This document shows, piece by piece, positions 9,933 through 13,974 of a DNA stretch of 13,974 bases. A model generated the notes under the pieces. It searched no databases and was not told the origin of the DNA. It saw only the letters and a program-made list of their open reading frames with translations. Origin of the DNA: Promethearchaeota archaeon (lineage in GTDB: Archaea; Asgardarchaeota; Lokiarchaeia; Sigyniarchaeales; SOKP01); the NCBI GenBank assembly GCA_048940445.1, contig JBHLON010000060.1, positions 1 through 13,974 of the forward strand. The letters run 5' to 3'. The position numbers were made by a program, and so were the translations under genes. How positions within the stretch are numbered: position 1 is the first letter of the stretch; each line of letters starts with the position of its first letter.

Positions 9933-9948
9933 CTAATTTATAATTGTT
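9929..9948 (-). repeat. Copy P' of the 20-bp promoter segment at 11775-11794
   Basis: ttccctaatttataattgtt vs ttcccaaatttataattgtt, 19/20 identical. Contains TTATAAAT on the minus strand. Confidence 0.7.
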
Positions 9949-9963
9949 AAGCTAATCATCTCT

Positions 9964-9995
9964 AACTAACAAAAAAAAATTACGAAATTGTAATA
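9964..9995. repeat. Intergenic element X' (copy of 12847-12886)
   Basis: aactaacaaaa (11/11) plus aaaaattacgaaattgtaata (18/21), separated by an 8-bp indel relative to X. Core palindrome TTAC-N6-GTAA. Confidence 0.6.
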
Positions 9996-10045
9996 CATTA
10001 ATAAATACGTACACAATAAAGATCAATCTGTTTTATCAAGGATGA

Positions 10046-10402
10046 TTATGTAACACTATAATACTCTAAGACCTTTAAGGCAAATCTGCTTGAAACTGTT
10101 GAAGGACCACCTCCCATTTCAATCCCTACTTCAATCGCCTCTAAAATTTGCTGTTGAGAAGCACCAGATTTCAAAGATTCCTTAATATGCCATTCCATAC
10201 AAGATTCACAGTTTATCACGATCGAAATACCTATCGCGATTAATTCCTTGTAGATTTTTTTAAGAGCACCGTCTAAATATGTTTGCTTTTCCATTTTTAA
10301 AAAAGCCTCATAAACTTTAGAACCAAGTTCTTTTACCTTTTTATCAATTTCATTCCTATCTTTAACAATTTTTTCAATTTTTTTTCTATCTTCTTCATTC
10401 AA
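10046..10402 (-). CDS. Carboxymuconolactone decarboxylase / AhpD-like family protein
   Basis: KELIAIGISIVINCESCMEWH (CxxC...H) and EAIEVGIEMGGGP. The ORF track opens at 10414, but a GGTGA Shine-Dalgarno at 10408-10412 favours the TTG at 10402. Confidence 0.88.
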   Translation of the reverse strand: MNEEDRKKIEKIVKDRNEIDKKVKELGSKVYEAFLKMEKQTYLDGALKKIYKELIAIGISIVINCESCMEWHIKESLKSGASQQQILEAIEVGIEMGGGPSTVSSRFALKVLEYYSVT

Positions 10403-10525
10403 AAGAATCACCAAAATTTAATTAATATCATAAATAGATTAGGATTTTGTTCTATAAATAGATGAATTTATTGAAGTTGCAAGGAACTTACGATATAAAA
10501 TTTTTAAAGATAACTAAGCTGGTTT

Positions 10526-10637
10526 CTAATCTATGAAAATATTATAATAAACAAAAATTAGTAGAACATCTAAATCCTTGTTTAATAGAAGATATTGATT
10601 AATTAAATACTGATGGAACAAAAGATAAGGTCCAACC
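10526..10637 (-). pseudogene. 3' remnant of a paralogue of the 12977-13681 hypothetical gene
   Basis: 10521-10621 matches 12972-13072 at 94/101 nt, and weaker similarity extends to 10637/13088. VGPYLLFHQYLINQYLLLNKDLDVLLIFVYYNIFID* vs VGSYALFHQYLINQYLLLNKNLDVILIFIYYNIFID*. Confidence 0.9.
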
Positions 10638-10841
10638 TGTGAATGATATTTACTCCCCAGATTTCTGCTCATATTTCCTTCTGAGTTTTTTCCCCAATGT
10701 AACATCCACTTCAAAAAATCCCGTCATATAATGCTTCTTCAAGAACACACCATATATTTCACTTAATAATCTGCGATCTTTCGAAAATGAGTTAACAGTA
10801 TAATTTCCTATGGAATCATTGAAATCATTTCTATTTTTCAT
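10632..10841 (-). pseudogene. N-terminal remnant of an E2-like acyltransferase (catalytic-domain-only family)
   Basis: MKNR...FSKDRR...KHYMTGFFEVDVT...KSGE*ISFTGW. The TAA at 10650-10652 is one substitution from AAA, which would restore the family motif GEKISFTGW. The frame then runs into unrelated sequence. Confidence 0.8.
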
Positions 10842-10894
10842 GATTTGACAGAAGAGATTTAAAATTAAAAATTTTTATTAAAAGAGTCAATTAG

Positions 10895-11737
10895 TTACCT
10901 TTTCGGAATACCATCCGAGCATGAGACTCCTACTTGGCATAGACCACACGCATAAATATCGATCCCATAAGTTCGATTGATAAAGGGAATCGTACTTGTT
11001 ACATGGGGCGCACAAATCATTTTATCATGGCGATTTTCGAAGGATATGGCGTTTACAGGACATCTGGAGATACAATCTCCGCAACTTATGCAAAATGCGT
11101 ATGGATCTGAAGGGCGATTAACAGCATCACTTGGGAGTGTTAAATCAATTATGATACTCCCGCACCTCATTGCTTTTCCTCGTGCATTGATAAACCCATC
11201 AGATAATCCAAAAGAGCCCATACCTGCCGCGAAACAATTATGCCTATGAGACCAGTTAGACGCCCAAATTTTTCGGTTAATTTTAAATAGCTTCTTATCA
11301 AGAGTAGGCGCAAAAGCATTAATTCCTAGCTTTTTTAATTCCTCTACTAAATAAGATTGAATATTCATGTTTGCTTGTTCCCCAAAAAGCCTGGTTTGAG
11401 CCCATCTTTCAGAAGGCATTGTTTTAGAATAATATAGGTTTTCCATCTTAGTTTTATGACTAATAGGTAAAATATAAGCTACTACGCTTAGATTTTTATC
11501 ACTGAATGCAATATTATTCTTTTTACAATACCAGTCATAGGCCTCAGAAGGAGTTAGATGAAATTCGCCAATAATCTTTTTATATCTAGTATAAATGGTA
11601 TCGTTTCCGTCAGCAATACCTATGAGTACGTCTGGTTCGAAAATATGTGACCTATCAAGTTTATTCAGTTTATTACATTCATCATTTTCAAGGAATTGAT
11701 TGATTTTATTGACAAACCACTCCTTATTTACTTCCAT
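10895..11737 (-). CDS. QueG/reductive-dehalogenase-like 4Fe-4S (probable cobalamin-binding) protein of unknown function
   Basis: 280 aa. WSHRH..FAAGMGSFGLSDGFI...G...R.GSII, CISCGDCISRCPVNAI, DKMIC and CGLCQVGVSC. AGGAG Shine-Dalgarno before the ATG. Confidence 0.85.
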   Translation of the reverse strand: MEVNKEWFVNKINQFLENDECNKLNKLDRSHIFEPDVLIGIADGNDTIYTRYKKIIGEFHLTPSEAYDWYCKKNNIAFSDKNLSVVAYILPISHKTKMENLYYSKTMPSERWAQTRLFGEQANMNIQSYLVEELKKLGINAFAPTLDKKLFKINRKIWASNWSHRHNCFAAGMGSFGLSDGFINARGKAMRCGSIIIDLTLPSDAVNRPSDPYAFCISCGDCISRCPVNAISFENRHDKMICAPHVTSTIPFINRTYGIDIYACGLCQVGVSCSDGIPKR

Positions 11738-11774
11738 ACTCCTAACTTCATAAATAATAGTATTCTGACTTTAG

Positions 11775-11794
11775 TTCCCAAATTTATAATTGTT
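11775..11794 (-). promoter_or_regulatory. Putative BRE/TATA promoter P of the QueG-like / E2-like unit
   Basis: Minus strand AACAA-TTATAAAT-TTGGGAA, with the TATA about 45 bp upstream of the ATG at 11737. Duplicated at 9929-9948. Confidence 0.55.
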
Positions 11795-11846
11795 TATGAA
11801 TTTTTTATATATCCTATATATCAATTATCGAGTATAATTCCATAAA

Positions 11847-12770
11847 TTATAATATCAATTCCCATTGCTCTTCGGTTAAATCTTGCCCCCAAATAGGGTG
11901 AGATTTAGATTCAACTAATCTAAATCCATGCTTTTTATATAATCTACGAGCTATTATAAGATCACTGAAAGTTCCTAATATAACCTTCTGATAACCTCGA
12001 TTTTTGCTGAAATTAAGTGCCTCATTAATTAATTTTGTTCCAATTCCATAATTTCGCATGTGAGGTTCAACAAGAAGCCATCGGAGTTGTGCAATTTTGT
12101 CGTCATTTTTAGTAATAGCAATTGAACCTATAATCTCATTTCCCTGCTCAACAATCCATAATTTTTCTTTTTTTGGATCATAACTTTCGATAAATTCTGC
12201 CATGTATTTAGCCACATAAGCTTCAAAAGTCTCATCAAGTTGATATTCCTTTGCATAAATCACTCCATGTCTGTATGTTATATATCCTATATCACCAGGT
12301 CTATGAGAACGTAAGCTATAAAATTCTGGTTTTTTGGTTTCACTCTTAAAAATTCTTTCGATAGTGCTCATCGAGTTGATTAATTGATCTTGCTGTTCAT
12401 CTGATATGTCTGTAAGCAACGCTTTAATTTGATTATTTGCTCTATTTTGAAGTTCCAAAATTGCTTGTTTTCCGTCTGATGCTAATGAAAGAATTTGTTT
12501 ACGTAGATCCTTATTTGATTGTTTCTTTTGAATTAACCCTTTATCTTCAAAACTATTTAATATTCGGCTGAGGTATGCCGGATCCAAGTGAATTATTTTA
12601 ACAAGCTCGCTCGCAGTTGTGGTTGTTAAACGGTTAATTTCAAACATGATTCTTACTTCAGTTAAAGAATATTTACTTTTTAGGAGCGTTCTATCTAACA
12701 GCCCTAATAAATTGGTATAAAAACGATTAAAACTTCGTATTTCTGCTATTTTTTCCAAATTTGCTTTCAT
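11847..12770 (-). CDS. Bifunctional MarR-family HTH regulator / GNAT acetyltransferase
   Basis: N-terminal IRSFNRFYT...YSLTEVRIMFEI...LDPAYLSRIL...D.RKQILSL (wHTH). C-terminal AQLRWLLVEPHMRNYGIGTKLI (acetyl-CoA motif A) and ARRLYKKHGF. Confidence 0.93.
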   Translation of the reverse strand: MKANLEKIAEIRSFNRFYTNLLGLLDRTLLKSKYSLTEVRIMFEINRLTTTTASELVKIIHLDPAYLSRILNSFEDKGLIQKKQSNKDLRKQILSLASDGKQAILELQNRANNQIKALLTDISDEQQDQLINSMSTIERIFKSETKKPEFYSLRSHRPGDIGYITYRHGVIYAKEYQLDETFEAYVAKYMAEFIESYDPKKEKLWIVEQGNEIIGSIAITKNDDKIAQLRWLLVEPHMRNYGIGTKLINEALNFSKNRGYQKVILGTFSDLIIARRLYKKHGFRLVESKSHPIWGQDLTEEQWELIL

Positions 12771-12801
12771 TAGTATTTAATCTATATTATGATTCTATCA
12801 A

Positions 12802-12845
12802 TATAAACTTTGACTATGTCAACTAATTACTTGACATTATCAAGT
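12802..12845 (-). promoter_or_regulatory. TATA box plus tandem palindromic operator upstream of MarR-GNAT
   Basis: TTGAC-tat-GTCAA (12810-12822) and ac-TTGAC-att-ATCAA-gt (12829-12845), with cores 21 bp apart. They lie directly upstream of a minus-strand TTTATA (12802-12807), about 32 bp before the ATG. Confidence 0.75.
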
Positions 12846-12846
12846 G

Positions 12847-12886
12847 AACTAACAAAATTAGAGATAAAACTTACAAAACTGTAATA
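12847..12886. repeat. Intergenic element X (copy at 9964-9995)
   Basis: aactaacaaaa-ttagagat-aaaacttacaaaactgtaata, containing the palindrome TTACA-N4-TGTAA. Confidence 0.6.
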
Positions 12887-12976
12887 TTTTACCAAGTTTT
12901 AAGTAAGTATTAAAGTAGATTTTATATAAAAAAATTTAGTTGCTGTTTATAATGTTATAGATATTCAATTCGGTTT

Positions 12977-13681
12977 CTAATCTATAAAAATATTATAGTA
13001 AATAAAAATTAGTATAACATCCAAATTCTTGTTTAATAAAAGATATTGATTAATTAAATACTGATGGAACAAGGCATAAGACCCTACCCACTCATACTCT
13101 AAATTTATCTTTATAAAAATCAATTCGCTCAAATCCAATGTAGACATATTATCATACACATAGGGGATGTATGTGAAATTCAAAAACCACCTAAAATCTA
13201 ATTCCCCTGATCCTTCTACCTTCAAAAGAAGTGATTGATTGTTTTGATCCTTTAAGTCAAATATCGTATTGTTGTTATAAGTTAAGTATAATTTGGATTG
13301 ATTATCACCCGAAAAAGAATAACGCAAATATTGATGATAATCACCACCAAACAATGAATATAATCCTCGCCACCATGATCCCGTATCAGTTTCAATACGA
13401 CTCTTCAGAAAATTTATTAAATTCCTATCAACATAACTGCTAATACCCTTATATATGGGATATGGAGGTATGTAATCATTATTATGCAAATAAGCTGTAT
13501 AATTCAAATTTTCGACTTTATCTATGATTTCCTCTCGATTTGAAAAATCTATATTATATTCTGTTATATAATAAATTCTAGCCTGAACTACAATTATATT
13601 GTAAAATACTGGTACGAGAATAATTGCCGCTACTAAAATACTGAAAATAAAAATGCAGATTAAGGCTTTCTTGTGTTTCAT
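12977..13681 (-). CDS. Hypothetical single-pass membrane-anchored protein
   Basis: 234 aa. MKHKK plus a hydrophobic anchor of about 25 aa, then a Tyr/Asn-rich domain with several NxS/T sequons. Coding status is supported by mostly synonymous or conservative divergence from the paralogous fragment at 10526-10637. Confidence 0.8.
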   Translation of the reverse strand: MKHKKALICIFIFSILVAAIILVPVFYNIIVVQARIYYITEYNIDFSNREEIIDKVENLNYTAYLHNNDYIPPYPIYKGISSYVDRNLINFLKSRIETDTGSWWRGLYSLFGGDYHQYLRYSFSGDNQSKLYLTYNNNTIFDLKDQNNQSLLLKVEGSGELDFRWFLNFTYIPYVYDNMSTLDLSELIFIKINLEYEWVGSYALFHQYLINQYLLLNKNLDVILIFIYYNIFID

Positions 13682-13974
13682 TTGGTTTTTTCGCCTTTTT
13701 ATTCTAATGGTAATTAAGCTGCTTTACCAGATTTGGAAATTTTTTCTTCAGCTCATTTTCAAAATGAGTAATTATTACTTAAAAATCTTATCTTTGAAAA
13801 ACTAACCTTCTAAAAACCTTGAATAAATAGATTTATAATTTTTGCTCCAATGTCTTTTTGTAGTACAACAATTGCCAAAATGGAGAAAAATAATTCGAAA
13901 ATTTTGGGGTTTAGGAAGCTGGAGCTCAAAACATATGTATCGCCCCATGACCCACACCACCGGTCTGTCCCCAC

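Noticed and set aside
10650-10652. Stop-codon readthrough or recoding (Sec/Pyl) in the E2-like fragments
   Set aside because: The stops are of mixed type (TAA, TAA, TGA) at non-Cys positions, and the gene's middle is missing. Decay is the simpler explanation.
10526-10714. 62-aa ORF as a real gene
   Set aside because: It is a chimera of an out-of-frame E2 remnant and the 3' end of the hypothetical paralogue.
10895-11737. Assigning the symbol queG or rdhA
   Set aside because: Only fold-level motifs are visible. There is no Tat signal or rdhB partner, and queuosine synthesis is not expected in this lineage.
9964-12976. Integron cassette array with attC sites (co-oriented genes, GTTAGTT core-like sequence)
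   Set aside because: I could not fold a convincing R''-L''-L'-R' hairpin, no matching RYYYAAC follows the stops, and there is no intI in the window. Kept only as the weaker element X finding.
10521-13072. Diversity-generating retroelement TR/VR pair (about 100-bp repeat at a gene's 3' end)
   Set aside because: Coding-strand mismatches are C/T, T/C, G/A, C/A, A/G, G/A and C/T. They are not adenine-specific in either copy and are mostly synonymous. No reverse transcriptase is in the window.
2193-13443. Short ORFs 2193-2405, 4145-4348, 4536-4730, 5937-6158, 8078-8278, 9381-9563, 10977-11249 and 13231-13443
   Set aside because: All lie essentially within well-supported genes, in shadow or antisense frames, and show no recognisable motifs.
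13941-13974. tRNA, 5S, SRP or RNase P RNA call
   Set aside because: No T-loop, anticodon arm or other diagnostic motif on either strand within the visible 34 nt.

Overview
AT-rich archaeal window, very probably from a Lokiarchaeia/Promethearchaeia (Asgard) genome. This is inferred from a surface protein ending in a Loki-CTERM-type IPGY-TM-basic tail and from TATA-type promoters. The left part (1-9777) holds intact genes: the 3' end of a DUF47/PhoU-like gene, a 741-aa surface protein with five exact 92-aa Ig-like repeats, a long-chain acyl-CoA ligase, msrA, a sugar porter plus GH15 glucoamylase operon, and a small V4R-like 4-Cys protein. The right part (9822-13681, all minus strand) is a mosaic accessory island: a membrane-anchored hypothetical, MarR-GNAT with a tandem palindromic operator, a QueG/RdhA-like 4Fe-4S protein, an AhpD/CMD protein, and three gene remnants. 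Four colinear landmarks suggest two decayed tandem copies of one unit: the hypothetical's 3' end, a 32-40 bp element X, a 20-bp promoter P, and an E2-like acyltransferase. Each copy carries a different passenger gene next to element X. No integrase, transposase, RT, CRISPR array or RNA gene could be supported. All family calls come from motif recognition by eye, not database searches.
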